Numbered from the stretch's first letter, positions 19,983-30,524 are shown. The stretch: DNA of 64,000 bases from a bacterium (GCA_037445455.1 JBBIKM010000007.1:366-64365), one strand, 5' to 3'. The notes: generated from the letters alone by a model not told the origin. Translations and numbers: made by a program.

Positions 19983-22775
19983 ATGAAACAAATCTTGCGC
20001 ACGCTTTCCGCCGCTACGCTGGTGTTGTTGTCGTCCGGCAGTCTGCTTCTTGCCGGAACCACCGGCAAAATTGCCGGCCGCATCATCGACAAGCAAACCG
20101 GCGAGCCCCTGGCTGGCGCCAGCGTCATGATCGTTGGCACAACCATGGGCGCTGCGGCCGATCGCAGCGGTTACTACTTCATTTTGCAGGTCCCGCCCGG
20201 CACTTATTCCGTACGCGCCACCGTGATCGGTTTCGAATCCCTGACCGTGACCAAAGTGAAGGTGGCGGCTGACCTGACCACCAAAGTGGATTTCTCGCTG
20301 CTGCCGACCGTGCTGGAAATCAGCGAAGGCATGACGGTGGTGGCCGACCGGCCGATCATCGAGAAGGACGTCACCTTCAGTTCGCATCGCCTGAATTCGG
20401 AACGGATCGCGAACATGCCGACCGTCGCGGATGTGCGCGATTTGGTCGCACGCCAGCCGGGCGTGGTGGGCGAAGGCCTGCACATCAACGTGCGCGGCGG
20501 CCGCACCGGCGAAATGCTGTACGTGGTCGACGGCGTGTCTTCGCGCGACCCGCATTTCAACCAGGCCACCCGCACCACCGCGGAGCAAGTCGGGCAGTTC
20601 ACCTCCAACCCGGTGGATGAGTTGACCGCGCGCAGCGGCGGCTTGTCGGTTCCGGCCAACGCGATTTCGGAAGTGGAAGTCATCACCGGCGGCTTCAATG
20701 CCGAATACGGGAATGCCATGTCGGGCATCGTCAACGTCGTCACCAAAGAGGGCGGCTCCCGGCACACCGGCCGCTTGATGTATCTGACCGATGATTTCGG
20801 CGTTGGCCGCTTCAAAACACCCTATGGGGACGGCACGCAATTGCGCACCTATTCCCACAACACCGACCGCCTCGAACTCAGCTTTGGCGGCCCGGAGCCG
20901 CTCACCACCCACCTCCTGCCGCGCCTGGGCATCAAATTGCCGGTGCAGGAAATCACCTACTTCATAGCCGGCTCGGGCAACTTCACCGATCTCACCTCGC
21001 CGTTCGATCTCGCCTACTATGCGCCCACCGGCGAGGACCGTTCCGAAGAAATTCGTGAGCTGAACCTGCTGGGTCTGAATCTGCTGCGCCTGGGGCTGCC
21101 CAATCGCATGGACAACCGCTACAATTCCCTCTCGAATTTGAGCGTGCGTTTCTCCCCGCGCATGAAGCTGACCTACAGCTATCAAACCGATCGCAGCTAT
21201 TACGACGAGTACAATCACGCCTTCTCCCGCATTCCGGAGAATTTCTGGCAGCGCGACGAGCGTTCCTTCGGCCATTCGCTGAAATGGACGCACACGCTGA
21301 GCGACAAGACGTTTTATGATCTCGTGTTGAGTTATTCCGACCAGGACTACCTGCTCACGCCCGGCGGCCTGTTGCCGCCGGAGGTGCGCCAGCTTTATCT
21401 CGATCTGGGCGGTGTCACGGTGCGCGATGATGATCAGGATGGCTTCTACGAAGCCGGCTTCCCGGCGCGCGGCACCTATCACCATCGCCACACCAAAACC
21501 TCGTCCATGAAAATGGACTTGACCAGCCAGTTGCACCGCCGCCACCAGCTCAAGACCGGCTTCGAGCTGGCCTACTACGAGATGTTTCTGGGCGAGATCA
21601 AGTATCCTTATCGTTACAACGAGCGCTGGGACCCGGCGGCCGGCGGCACGCCCGTCGACAATGGACCGTGGCCGGCATTGGGCGCCTTCCGTGACTTCTA
21701 CACGCGCACGCCCACGAATGCCGCTTTCTACGTGCAGGACAAGATCGAATACGAAAGCCTGATCGTCAATGTCGGCATGCGCTGGGACCTGTGGACCCCG
21801 GGCGCGCAGGTGGAAGACAAAGTGGATGAAGGCACCGATCTCTTCGGCCGCAAGGTCAAGATCACCTTCAATCCCCGCCTCGGCATTTCACACCCGGTGA
21901 CCGACAAGGACATTCTCTATTTTCAATTCGGCCGCTTCACCCAGCAGGTGGATTATCAATTCCTGTTCATTCAGGATACCCAGTCCTCCGGCGCGCTGCA
22001 GTTGCTCGGCAATCCCAATCTCGGTTCGGAAGAAACCACGCAGTATGAGTTGGGTGTCAAGCATGCCTTCGGCGAGGAAGTGCGGTTGGGCGCGACCGCC
22101 TTTTTCAAGGACTACAACGGCCTGCTCAACACCGAAACCCGCGGCCGGGAGCCGTTTACCTACAGTGTCTACATCAATCGTGATTTCGGCAGCGCGCGCG
22201 GCCTGGAGTTCTCACTGGAGAAGCGCTACAGTCACTTCACCTCCGGTTTCATCAACTACACGCTGTCCTATGCCACCGGCAAGAGCTCGAGCTATCGCCA
22301 GGGATACGACTTCGGGGCGCGCGGCCAGCCCATCCCGATTCGCGAGTGGCCGCTGGATTGGGACGTGCGGCATTCGCTCAATGTCAATTTCGATTTTCGG
22401 GTGACCTCGGGCGCGCGGCCTTCCTTCTTCGGCGTGCGCATGCCGGCCGACATGGGGGTGAATTTGGTGTGGCGCTTTGAATCGGGTAAACCCTATACGC
22501 CCACCGGCCGCTCCAGCGATCAGTTCACCACGCGCAACTCGGCGCGCCTGCCTTATCGCACCTGGGTGGATGTGCGCGCCAACAAAGATTTCCGCTACTG
22601 GGGCTTGAAAACCTCGGTGCTGCTCGAAGTGAAGAACCTCACCAACCGCCGCAACGCCCGCGCGATTTATGAAGAAACCGGCCAGGTGCTGGCCTTCTAC
22701 CGGCCGCAGGATTTAAACCCCTCGGCGTTCACGCCCGGCCGCAATATTCTCATGGGTCTGGCGGTGGAATGGTGA
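19983..22775 (+). CDS. TonB-dependent receptor A with N-terminal carboxypeptidase-regulatory-like domain
   Basis: Signal peptide|GTTGKIAG, plug motifs INVRGGR and YVVDGV, ITGGFNAEYG..SGIVNVVTK, GNPNL, DWDVRH, C-terminal PGRNILMGLAVEW. Confidence 0.93.
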   Translation: MKQILRTLSAATLVLLSSGSLLLAGTTGKIAGRIIDKQTGEPLAGASVMIVGTTMGAAADRSGYYFILQVPPGTYSVRATVIGFESLTVTKVKVAADLTTKVDFSLLPTVLEISEGMTVVADRPIIEKDVTFSSHRLNSERIANMPTVADVRDLVARQPGVVGEGLHINVRGGRTGEMLYVVDGVSSRDPHFNQATRTTAEQVGQFTSNPVDELTARSGGLSVPANAISEVEVITGGFNAEYGNAMSGIVNVVTKEGGSRHTGRLMYLTDDFGVGRFKTPYGDGTQLRTYSHNTDRLELSFGGPEPLTTHLLPRLGIKLPVQEITYFIAGSGNFTDLTSPFDLAYYAPTGEDRSEEIRELNLLGLNLLRLGLPNRMDNRYNSLSNLSVRFSPRMKLTYSYQTDRSYYDEYNHAFSRIPENFWQRDERSFGHSLKWTHTLSDKTFYDLVLSYSDQDYLLTPGGLLPPEVRQLYLDLGGVTVRDDDQDGFYEAGFPARGTYHHRHTKTSSMKMDLTSQLHRRHQLKTGFELAYYEMFLGEIKYPYRYNERWDPAAGGTPVDNGPWPALGAFRDFYTRTPTNAAFYVQDKIEYESLIVNVGMRWDLWTPGAQVEDKVDEGTDLFGRKVKITFNPRLGISHPVTDKDILYFQFGRFTQQVDYQFLFIQDTQSSGALQLLGNPNLGSEETTQYELGVKHAFGEEVRLGATAFFKDYNGLLNTETRGREPFTYSVYINRDFGSARGLEFSLEKRYSHFTSGFINYTLSYATGKSSSYRQGYDFGARGQPIPIREWPLDWDVRHSLNVNFDFRVTSGARPSFFGVRMPADMGVNLVWRFESGKPYTPTGRSSDQFTTRNSARLPYRTWVDVRANKDFRYWGLKTSVLLEVKNLTNRRNARAIYEETGQVLAFYRPQDLNPSAFTPGRNILMGLAVEW

Positions 22776-22869
22776 AATCATAACGATGTTTCGCGCCGGA
22801 ATTGCCAGGCGAATGAAGGAAAAAATTTCAGGGTTCTGACACCTTTATGTGATAAGGGGGATTGACGCC

Positions 22870-24840
22870 ATGAAGAGGAATTTGGCGTTGATGATCATCG
22901 CGGCGGGCTTGATGGCCGGAGTCAGCACGGGCACGGACAAAGCCGCGAAAAGCTATCGCCGGGGTGGCGTGGCACCGGCCCAAAGCCCGGCGCAGACGCC
23001 CTTTACTCAAAACAAAGTGCATGATGTGGGAAACCTCAGACTGATTGTGAGCAACTACGGCCAATTCGGCTCCGATACGGAGAACGGGTGTGAGTTCCCC
23101 GCCAACTCCAATGTGAATTACCTCTATGTCGGTGCGATTTGGATCGGCGCCCTGGTGGATCGGCCCGGCGGCGGCGTCGATACCCTCGTCTCCTTCGGTT
23201 TTGACGGCGCCCAAATTTGGCGCGAGCTGTTTCCCGGCACTGCCGCCGCAGACTCGCTGCTGGAACTCAGCAATCAGCCGGGGTCTCCCAACTACGATGC
23301 GGCAGCGGTTTCCGAACAGGATTTCATCGCGGTCTACACCGATACCAACACCACCTTCGCCTGGGAAGGGCATCAAAAGCCGCTGGGCGTGAAGGTCACG
23401 CAGAAGAGTTATGCCTGGAGCTATTCCTACGCCGAGGATTTCGTCATCTTCGATTACTTTATCACGAACATCTCCCGCACCATCGGCGCGCCGCGCACCT
23501 TCCGTAAACTTTTCATGGGTGTTTACATCGACGGCGACTGCGGCCTGACCAGTATTTCCGGCTATCCTTATGACGACATCACCGGCTTCATGCGGGTGAA
23601 TGATGACGGCGACACCGTCAACGTCGCGTGGATCAAGGACAATGACGGCGACAACGGCGCCACCCCGGGCGTGACCGGCGTGCGCGTGCTTTTCCCGGAT
23701 CCAAAGACCATTTCATTCAACTGGTGGGACCCGCAGCCCCAGAACAACTGGGGTCCCACCAATCCCAACAACCCGTACGACTATTCCGGCCATCCAGACA
23801 CCGACGCCAAGAAATATCGCATCATGTCGAACGGCGAGATCGATCCTGATCAAACGCAGTCGAATCCGCCGCCGGGCATTGATCCCTCCGGCATGGACAC
23901 GCGCTACTTTCTCTCCTTTGGTCCGTTCGAGGTGCCGCCCGACAGCACGCTCAAGCTGACGCTGGCGTACGTTGGCGGATTGCCGGAAGGCGAAAAGAGT
24001 GAATTCGCAGATTTGGCGATCAATGCCCGCTGGGCGCGTGACGTTTATGACAACCCGCCGGCAGACGGCATACCGGATTTTGCCGGCCCGCCGCCACCGC
24101 CCGCGCCCAACATGGAAGTCATTCCCAGCGACAAGACCGTGACCATCCGCTGGGACAATTTCGCCGAAAGCACAGTCGATCGTTTCACCGGCAAGCAGGA
24201 TTTTCAGGGCTATCGTGTCTATCGCAGCCGCAGTGGGGTGAAGGGGGAGTGGCAGTTGTTGGCGGCGTTCGACCAAATTGACGGCTTCGGCGCTGACACT
24301 GGCTTTGACGAGCTTGTGCCATCCCGCGACCCGGGCAGCAGCAGAGTGTGGTACACCTACGTGGATCGCGGCCTCACCAATGGCGAGCTCTTCTACTATT
24401 CCGTCACGGCCTTTGACAGCGGCTACGGGCCGACCGGCTTGGAGCCCCTGGAAAGCAGTCCGCTCTCCAACATGAAACGGGTGGCACCCTCTGCCGGCCC
24501 GGCAGCGCAAGAGCCACTCGACGAAATCCTGGTCGTGCCCAATCCTTATCGCCTGAGTGAGAACTATTCGGCGATCGGCTGGGAGCGCGGCACTGCCGAC
24601 ACAGATCGGCGCATCGACTTCACCAACTTGCCGCCACAGTGCACCATTCGAATTTATTCCCTCGCGGGTGATTTGCTGGCGACCCTCGAGCACGATTACC
24701 CCACCCGCAGCGCAGTCAAGCACAGTGAATCGTGGAACATGGTGACGCGCAACATTCAAGCGATTGCCAGCGGGATTTATCTGTTTGCCGTCACCTCGGC
24801 GCAGGGTAAATATGCCGGCAAGTTTGCCGTCATCTATTGA
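22870..24840 (+). CDS. Secreted X-family protein 1 (unknown N-terminal domain, FN3-like domain, VVPNPY-type C-terminal sorting-like domain)
   Basis: Signal peptide; HDVGNL..SNYGQFG..CEFP..YLYVG-IWIGA; P-PP-P linker; VTIRWD..FQGYRVYR..YTYVD..YYYSVTAFD (FN3-like); VVPNPY..IDFTNLP..IRIYSLAGDL..IASGIY..GKFAVI. Confidence 0.8.
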   Translation: MKRNLALMIIAAGLMAGVSTGTDKAAKSYRRGGVAPAQSPAQTPFTQNKVHDVGNLRLIVSNYGQFGSDTENGCEFPANSNVNYLYVGAIWIGALVDRPGGGVDTLVSFGFDGAQIWRELFPGTAAADSLLELSNQPGSPNYDAAAVSEQDFIAVYTDTNTTFAWEGHQKPLGVKVTQKSYAWSYSYAEDFVIFDYFITNISRTIGAPRTFRKLFMGVYIDGDCGLTSISGYPYDDITGFMRVNDDGDTVNVAWIKDNDGDNGATPGVTGVRVLFPDPKTISFNWWDPQPQNNWGPTNPNNPYDYSGHPDTDAKKYRIMSNGEIDPDQTQSNPPPGIDPSGMDTRYFLSFGPFEVPPDSTLKLTLAYVGGLPEGEKSEFADLAINARWARDVYDNPPADGIPDFAGPPPPPAPNMEVIPSDKTVTIRWDNFAESTVDRFTGKQDFQGYRVYRSRSGVKGEWQLLAAFDQIDGFGADTGFDELVPSRDPGSSRVWYTYVDRGLTNGELFYYSVTAFDSGYGPTGLEPLESSPLSNMKRVAPSAGPAAQEPLDEILVVPNPYRLSENYSAIGWERGTADTDRRIDFTNLPPQCTIRIYSLAGDLLATLEHDYPTRSAVKHSESWNMVTRNIQAIASGIYLFAVTSAQGKYAGKFAVIY

Positions 24841-25135
24841 TGAGAGATTGCCACGTTGGCAATGACAAGCGCCTGGCCGCGGCAGAGGCAGGCTCGTGAG
24901 CTTGGGCTGCGCGGCGCGCTTGATTCGGCACTCAGACATGTGTTCCTCGTGGGAGCGGGCGCGCCGTCCGCAGGAGGGAGGCTGTTGCGGCCCTGGCGAA
25001 AGTGGTCAGGGCAATCTGCCGCAATCCGCAAGCCTGACGGCTGTCAAGAAAAAATGATGGAATGACTTCACCTTGAAACGGTCGACGGAGCTCGAGGATG
25101 AGTCCGGCGCGATCATTCTGTGAAGGGATGGAGAC

Positions 25136-27106
25136 ATGAAAAAGACTCTCCTGTTGACATTGCTGTTGAGTGTGGCTGCCGGGCTGGCCTTTGCCGGCGA
25201 TAAAGCGCGGCATGAGGCTGCCCGGCGCGGCCGGCAGCCGGCGCCGGCCAAGAGCATGGCGCTGCCGCCATTTACCCAAACCAAAGCCCATCAGGTGGGC
25301 AACATCTGGCTGTCGGTCACCAATTTCGGCGAGTTCGGCTCGCGCGGCCGGCGGCCGAGCTGCGAATTCCCCGCCAACTCGAACATCGAATATCTCTTCG
25401 TCGGCTCGATTTGGATCGGCGCTTTGGTCGACAAACCGGAGGGCGGCCTGGACACGCTGGTGTCCTTCGGCTTCGACGGCTGGCAATCATGGAACGAGCT
25501 GTTCCCCGGCTTTTCCGAATCTGACTCGATCCTCGAATTCACCAACCGCCCCGGCGCCCCAAACTACAGGCCGGACGCCATTTCTGAGCAGGATTTCGTT
25601 GCGGTTTACACCGACACCAATACCACTTTTGCCTGGGAAGGCCATCAAAAGCCGCTGGGCGTCAAAATCACGCAGAAGAGTTATGCCTGGAGCTATTCCT
25701 ACGCGGAGGATTTTGTCATCTTCGACTACCTGATCGAGAACATCTCCCGCTCGATCGGCAAGGCCCGCACGTTCAAGAAACTCTACATGGGCGTTTACAT
25801 TGACGGCGATTGCGGCTTGACGACTATCCCCAATTACTATGCCGATGATATCACCGGTTTCTTGCGGGTGAATGATGATGGGGACACCGTCAACGTCGCG
25901 TGGATCAAGGACAATGACGGCGACAACGGCGCAACCCCGGGCGTGACCGGTGTGCGCGTGCTCTTCCCCGATCCCAAGACCATTTCTTACAACTGGTGGG
26001 ATCCGCCCACGGACTGGGGGCCCACCAATCCCAACAATCCGCTCGATTATTCCGGCCATCCCGACACCGATGCCAAGAAGTATCGCATCATGTCGAACGG
26101 GGAAATCGATCCTGATCAAACGCAGTCGAATCCGCCGGCGGGCATTGATCCCTCCGGCATGGACACGCGCTATTTTCTCTCCTTCGGTCCCTTCGAGGTG
26201 CCGCCCGACAGCACGCTCAAGCTCACGCTGGCTTACCTGGGCGGCACGCCGGAAGGCGAAAATGACGAGTTCGATGATTTGGGCATCAACGCCCGCTGGG
26301 CGCGTGATGTTTATGACAACCCGCCGGCAGACGGCATACCGGATTTTGCCGGCCCGCCGCCACCACCTGCACCCAACATGGAAGTCATTCCCAGCGACAA
26401 GACCGTCACCATTCGCTGGGACAATTCGGCCGAAAGCACGGTCGATCGCTTCAGCCGGCTGCAGGACTTTCAGGGCTATCGCATCTACCGCAGCCGCAGC
26501 GGCGTGTTGAATGAGATGGAAATGCTGGGCGAGTATGATCAAGTCGATGGCTTCGGCTATGATTTCGGCTACAGCGCGTTGAATCCGACCACGGATGCTG
26601 CCACCGGCAAAGTGTGGTACACCTACGTGGATCGCGGCCTCACCAACGGTGAGTTTCTTTACTACGCGGTAACGGCGTTTGACAGCGGTTACGGGCCGAC
26701 CGGCCTGGAATCGCTCGAAAGCAGCCCGGTCATCAATTTGAAAAAGGTGGCGCCTTCGGCCGGACCGGACGGGACGCAAGCCATCAGCGAAGTGCTGGTG
26801 GTGCCCAATCCCTATCGCCTGAGTGAGAACTATTCGGCAATCGGCTGGGAGCGCGGCACTGCCGACACCGACCGGCGCATCGACTTCACCAACCTGCCGC
26901 CGCAGTGCACCATTCGCATCTATTCGCTCGCGGGGGACTTGCTGGCCACGCTCGAGCACGATTATCCCCGCCGCAGCGCGATCAAGCACAGCGAATCATG
27001 GAACATGGTGACGCGCAACATCCAGGCAATCGCGAGCGGCGTGTATCTCTTTTCCGTCACCTCTGCGCAAGGCACGTATGTCGGCAAATTTGCCGTCATC
27101 TACTAA
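25136..27106 (+). CDS. Secreted X-family protein 2, tandem paralog of X1
   Basis: Collinear with 22870-24840, with long identical peptide blocks such as NTTFAWEGHQKPLGVK, VNVAWIKDNDGDNGATPGVTGVRV and GWERGTADTDRRIDFTNLPP. Confidence 0.85.
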   Translation: MKKTLLLTLLLSVAAGLAFAGDKARHEAARRGRQPAPAKSMALPPFTQTKAHQVGNIWLSVTNFGEFGSRGRRPSCEFPANSNIEYLFVGSIWIGALVDKPEGGLDTLVSFGFDGWQSWNELFPGFSESDSILEFTNRPGAPNYRPDAISEQDFVAVYTDTNTTFAWEGHQKPLGVKITQKSYAWSYSYAEDFVIFDYLIENISRSIGKARTFKKLYMGVYIDGDCGLTTIPNYYADDITGFLRVNDDGDTVNVAWIKDNDGDNGATPGVTGVRVLFPDPKTISYNWWDPPTDWGPTNPNNPLDYSGHPDTDAKKYRIMSNGEIDPDQTQSNPPAGIDPSGMDTRYFLSFGPFEVPPDSTLKLTLAYLGGTPEGENDEFDDLGINARWARDVYDNPPADGIPDFAGPPPPPAPNMEVIPSDKTVTIRWDNSAESTVDRFSRLQDFQGYRIYRSRSGVLNEMEMLGEYDQVDGFGYDFGYSALNPTTDAATGKVWYTYVDRGLTNGEFLYYAVTAFDSGYGPTGLESLESSPVINLKKVAPSAGPDGTQAISEVLVVPNPYRLSENYSAIGWERGTADTDRRIDFTNLPPQCTIRIYSLAGDLLATLEHDYPRRSAIKHSESWNMVTRNIQAIASGVYLFSVTSAQGTYVGKFAVIY

Positions 27107-27117
27107 GGGAGCTTGTC

Positions 27118-28107
27118 ATGGTTGCGAAGAAAATCGTTCTGCTCATGTGCGCCGCACTCCTGCCGGCGGCCGCCGTGCTGGCGCAGGATCGTGACCTCGA
27201 GCTGCGCGACACGGCCGGCCGCGGCAAGGTGGGCACCACCGGCATGCAGTTTCTCAAAATCGGCGTGGGCGCCCGCGCCGTCGGCATGGCCGAATCGTTT
27301 GTGGCGCTGGCCAATGACGCCAGCGCGATCTACTACAATCCCGCTGGCCTCACCGCGCTCGATCAAAAAGCGGTGCTGCTGAGCCACGTGGAATGGCCGG
27401 CGGACATCAACTACGAGTTTGGCGCGGCTGTTCTGCCGGTGGCGGGGGTGGGCGTGCTGGGCGTGCAGATCGGCATGCTTGCCACCGGCGACATGAAAGT
27501 CACCCTGCCCTATCAGGGCTGGACCGGCGGTTATTTCAATGCCAGCGACTGGATGGTGGGTGCCACCTTTGCGCGCCGGCTGACCAACCGCTTTTCCTTC
27601 GGCGGCACCGTGAAGTACCTCCGCGAATATCTCGGCAGCGCCGGCGTGAGCACCGTGGCGCTCGATCTCGGCACCTTGTTTGACATCGGCGTGCGCGGCA
27701 TGAAATTCGGAATGAACATCAGCAATTTCGGGCCGGATGCCAGGTACTTCCGCGAACAATTTTCCCTGCCCATCGATTTCCGCCTTGGCGCGATGATGGA
27801 TCTCTATCGCAACGAGTTCAACAGCCTGGTTGTCACCGTGCAGGGCAACCATCCCAATGACAACATCGAACAGCTCGCGTTGGGATTGGAGTACAACCTG
27901 AAAGAGCTGGTCGCGTTGCGCGCCGGCTATCGCACCAACCTGGAGCTGGAAAAACTCGACAAGGTCGATGAGCCGTTCGAAGGCTTCTCGTTTGGCGCCG
28001 GCGCCGCCTTCGGGCTTTCGGGCGTGCGCGGCCGCCTTGATTATGCCTATTCTGACTTTGGCTTTCTCGAATCGGCGCAACGCTTCACCCTCGCCCTGGA
28101 GTTCTAA
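27118..28107 (+). CDS. PorV/PorQ (UPF0164)-like outer-membrane barrel A
   Basis: Signal peptide, FLKIGVGARAVGM, NDASAIYYNPAGL, ALDLG, FGMNISNFG, LP..FRLG, GLEY, LRAGY, DYAY, C-terminal ALEF. Start placed at 27118. Confidence 0.88.
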   Translation: MVAKKIVLLMCAALLPAAAVLAQDRDLELRDTAGRGKVGTTGMQFLKIGVGARAVGMAESFVALANDASAIYYNPAGLTALDQKAVLLSHVEWPADINYEFGAAVLPVAGVGVLGVQIGMLATGDMKVTLPYQGWTGGYFNASDWMVGATFARRLTNRFSFGGTVKYLREYLGSAGVSTVALDLGTLFDIGVRGMKFGMNISNFGPDARYFREQFSLPIDFRLGAMMDLYRNEFNSLVVTVQGNHPNDNIEQLALGLEYNLKELVALRAGYRTNLELEKLDKVDEPFEGFSFGAGAAFGLSGVRGRLDYAYSDFGFLESAQRFTLALEF

Positions 28108-28199
28108 TCACTACCGCCATGCTGTTGCCGCGGCGCCGCCAAGCAGCGAGATCAGCCCGGTGCCCCGCAGCAGCAGGAAGAAAACTCGGAGTTACCGCC

Positions 28200-29312
28200 A
28201 TGCCGGCGTTCCGCAAATTTTGGTTGGTCATGAGCTGGCCGTTGGGGCTGGCGGCGTTGTTCCTGGGTTGCGGCAGCGGTGAATTACCCACCGCGGTGCA
28301 GCAACCGCAGGAGCTTTACGCCCCCTTTGTCAAGCAAGGCCCGGTGCTCGATGGCCGCGGTCTCGACGAAGTCTGGCAAAAGTCCACCGGCTATCGTGTT
28401 TTTCTCGATGCCAAAACCGGCGGTGTGAATCTGCCGGCGGAGGGGTTGTTGATCGAGTTCAAAGCAGTGTGGTGGCAGGAAACACAAATCGACACGGCGC
28501 GGCAGGACACGCTGGAGGTGGCGTACGTCGGCTTTCTGGCAACCTGGCCGGATGCCAGCAAGAGCCTGAGCCGCAAAACCTGGACTTTCAATCCCGCGGA
28601 CGCGCGCTGGTCGCGCAATGAGCAGGGTTCCGACTGGCTGTTGCTGTATTGGTACGGTCTCACCAAAGACACGGATATTTGGCTGTGGGATGCCGCCACC
28701 ACCAATCCCATGGGCTATTTTCAAGACATGACCGTCGAAGGCTTTCAAAGCGGCCGCACCTTCGAGCCTTATCTGGTGCGCGTGGATGGTTTGAATTTCT
28801 ACAACGACACCGCCACCAGCCGCAACACCTGGGATGAGAACTACGATGACAACCGCACACCGCGCGATCCGAGTGACGACCGGCCGCGCTTCGCCTGGAA
28901 AATCGATCCTGCCACAACGCCGCCAGGTCTGCCGCCGGTTTACTCTGACGCCAGTGAGAACGCGTTTTTTCTCATGGAGACCGAGGCCGCGACCCTGGCC
29001 ACCAGCGCTTATGCCGCGCCGCGCGCCGCGGTGACGGTGCCCGGCTACCTGCTGCAAGCGCCGAAGGGTGGGTCGGCCGACATCCGTTGTTTTGGCCGCC
29101 ACGAAAACGGCCGCTGGACGCTCGAGTTTGTGCGCAAGGCCACTGGCTCCGATGTCAGCGACATTCCCTTCAATCCCAAGGCACGCTTCTTCTCGCAAGT
29201 CTTTTCGGTGGTGCTGGGCAACGAGGCCTTGATGCCTTTTGAAGAGGGCGCCACAGCCTTCAACATCACCAACACCGTGCAACTGACGTTTCAGTTCGTG
29301 TTCGAGGAATAA
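28200..29312 (+). CDS. Lipoprotein with DOMON-like (ethylbenzene dehydrogenase EB_dh-like) domain
   Basis: Lipobox FLG|C; PVLDG..DEVW, FKAVW, FLATWPD, DIWLW, G-HENGRWTLEFVRK..D.PF resemble EB_dh/DOMON folds. Confidence 0.6.
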   Translation: MPAFRKFWLVMSWPLGLAALFLGCGSGELPTAVQQPQELYAPFVKQGPVLDGRGLDEVWQKSTGYRVFLDAKTGGVNLPAEGLLIEFKAVWWQETQIDTARQDTLEVAYVGFLATWPDASKSLSRKTWTFNPADARWSRNEQGSDWLLLYWYGLTKDTDIWLWDAATTNPMGYFQDMTVEGFQSGRTFEPYLVRVDGLNFYNDTATSRNTWDENYDDNRTPRDPSDDRPRFAWKIDPATTPPGLPPVYSDASENAFFLMETEAATLATSAYAAPRAAVTVPGYLLQAPKGGSADIRCFGRHENGRWTLEFVRKATGSDVSDIPFNPKARFFSQVFSVVLGNEALMPFEEGATAFNITNTVQLTFQFVFEE

Positions 29313-29315
29313 ACC

Positions 29316-30524
29316 ATGATGCGAATGCTGCGCTCGATTTTCACCGCCGGCGCGCCGGCAGCGCTCGCGGGCCTGCTGCTGTCCTGCAACAATCAGCCGA
29401 CGGAGCAGGGCATGCTCGGCAGCAGCCAGCCGCCGGAAACCGCCTTTGCGCCCACGCCGCTCGACGGCTCGCAGAACAACGCCTTCAAGCTGCGGCTGGA
29501 ATGGCACGGCAATGATGCCGACGGCATCATTCAAGGTTATGAATACCGCGTGGCCGGTCCCCTGTTCGACAACTCCTGGCAATTCACCAAATCGTTTTTT
29601 GTGAATTTCAAATTCCGCGACGGCTGGTACACCGTGGAAGTGCGCGCGGTGGACAACACCGGCACTGTGGATCCCACGCCGGCGCGGCTGCGCTTTCACG
29701 TCGCCGGCCCGACGTTCGATCGCGGCATCCTGCTGCTGGATGATGACCCCAACGGCAATCTCGAGCAGGCATCGGATGCCTTCTATGACTCGCTTATGAT
29801 CGCCGCCGGCTATCGCAACTACACGTTTTGGGATTATCAAGCCCGCTTTGCTGCGCGCAAGCCGCCGTTCGTGACCACACCCAGTGATACCGACGCCACC
29901 GGCGCGCCGAGCCTCGGGCTGGGCGCGTTCTCCACCATCATCTGGTGCACCAACCCCGCCGGCAATTTGGGTTTGAATGAACGGCTGGTGCAGGACTATC
30001 TGGACATGGGCGGCAATCTCTGGGTCGCTGGCACGGATCCGCTGCAATCCCTCTCGGGTAAATCGCCCACCGGTCTCGATCTGGCGCCCAACAGTACGGG
30101 GTACAAATATTTCCACGTGCTGCGCGCCAAGGCAGCGGAACTCAATGTCGACTGGCTGCTGGGCACCGACAACCGCTTCCCGGACTTGGCGACCAGCTAC
30201 CAGGTGCCGCGCACGACGATTTTCCAATACCTCAAGGGCGTGGTCAATCAAGTCATTCCGCAGCCAGATGCCCGCGCCGTCTATCGCTTCAGCGAAAACT
30301 ACTTTCGGGATGCCAGCCGTGCGATTGACGTAAACAGTGAAGAGTTTGCCGGCACACCGTGTGCGATTCTCTATTCCGGCAGCACCTACAAAGCCGCCTT
30401 GTTCGGCTTCCCGTTGGTTGCGGCGGTGCGGGTCGGCTCCGCCACGGTCAATCTCGTCAACACCAGGGCCATGGCGCAGACGGTAGCGCATATCCTGGCC
30501 AACGAGTTCGGCGAGCCGCGCTGA
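29316..30524 (+). CDS. Lipoprotein A (Ig/FN3-like N-terminal domain plus conserved GILLLDDD C-terminal domain)
   Basis: Lipobox LLS|C; PPET..W-G-D-DG-I-GY-Y..VRAVDN-G-VDPTPA; C-terminal domain homologous to 39333-41093. Confidence 0.75.
   Translation: MMRMLRSIFTAGAPAALAGLLLSCNNQPTEQGMLGSSQPPETAFAPTPLDGSQNNAFKLRLEWHGNDADGIIQGYEYRVAGPLFDNSWQFTKSFFVNFKFRDGWYTVEVRAVDNTGTVDPTPARLRFHVAGPTFDRGILLLDDDPNGNLEQASDAFYDSLMIAAGYRNYTFWDYQARFAARKPPFVTTPSDTDATGAPSLGLGAFSTIIWCTNPAGNLGLNERLVQDYLDMGGNLWVAGTDPLQSLSGKSPTGLDLAPNSTGYKYFHVLRAKAAELNVDWLLGTDNRFPDLATSYQVPRTTIFQYLKGVVNQVIPQPDARAVYRFSENYFRDASRAIDVNSEEFAGTPCAILYSGSTYKAALFGFPLVAAVRVGSATVNLVNTRAMAQTVAHILANEFGEPR

Noticed and set aside
24985-25024. Nested stem with a GAAA loop between X1 and X2 (TTGCGGC/GCCGCAA enclosing CCCTG/CAGGG) as a c-di-GMP-like riboswitch
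   Set aside because: The second hairpin and the conserved junction nucleotides of that class are not evident, and short GC stems arise easily by chance at this GC content.
22870-27106. Possible diversity-generating retroelement (template/variable repeat pair in X1/X2)
   Set aside because: No reverse transcriptase in the window, the similarity spans whole genes, and the differences are not adenine-specific.
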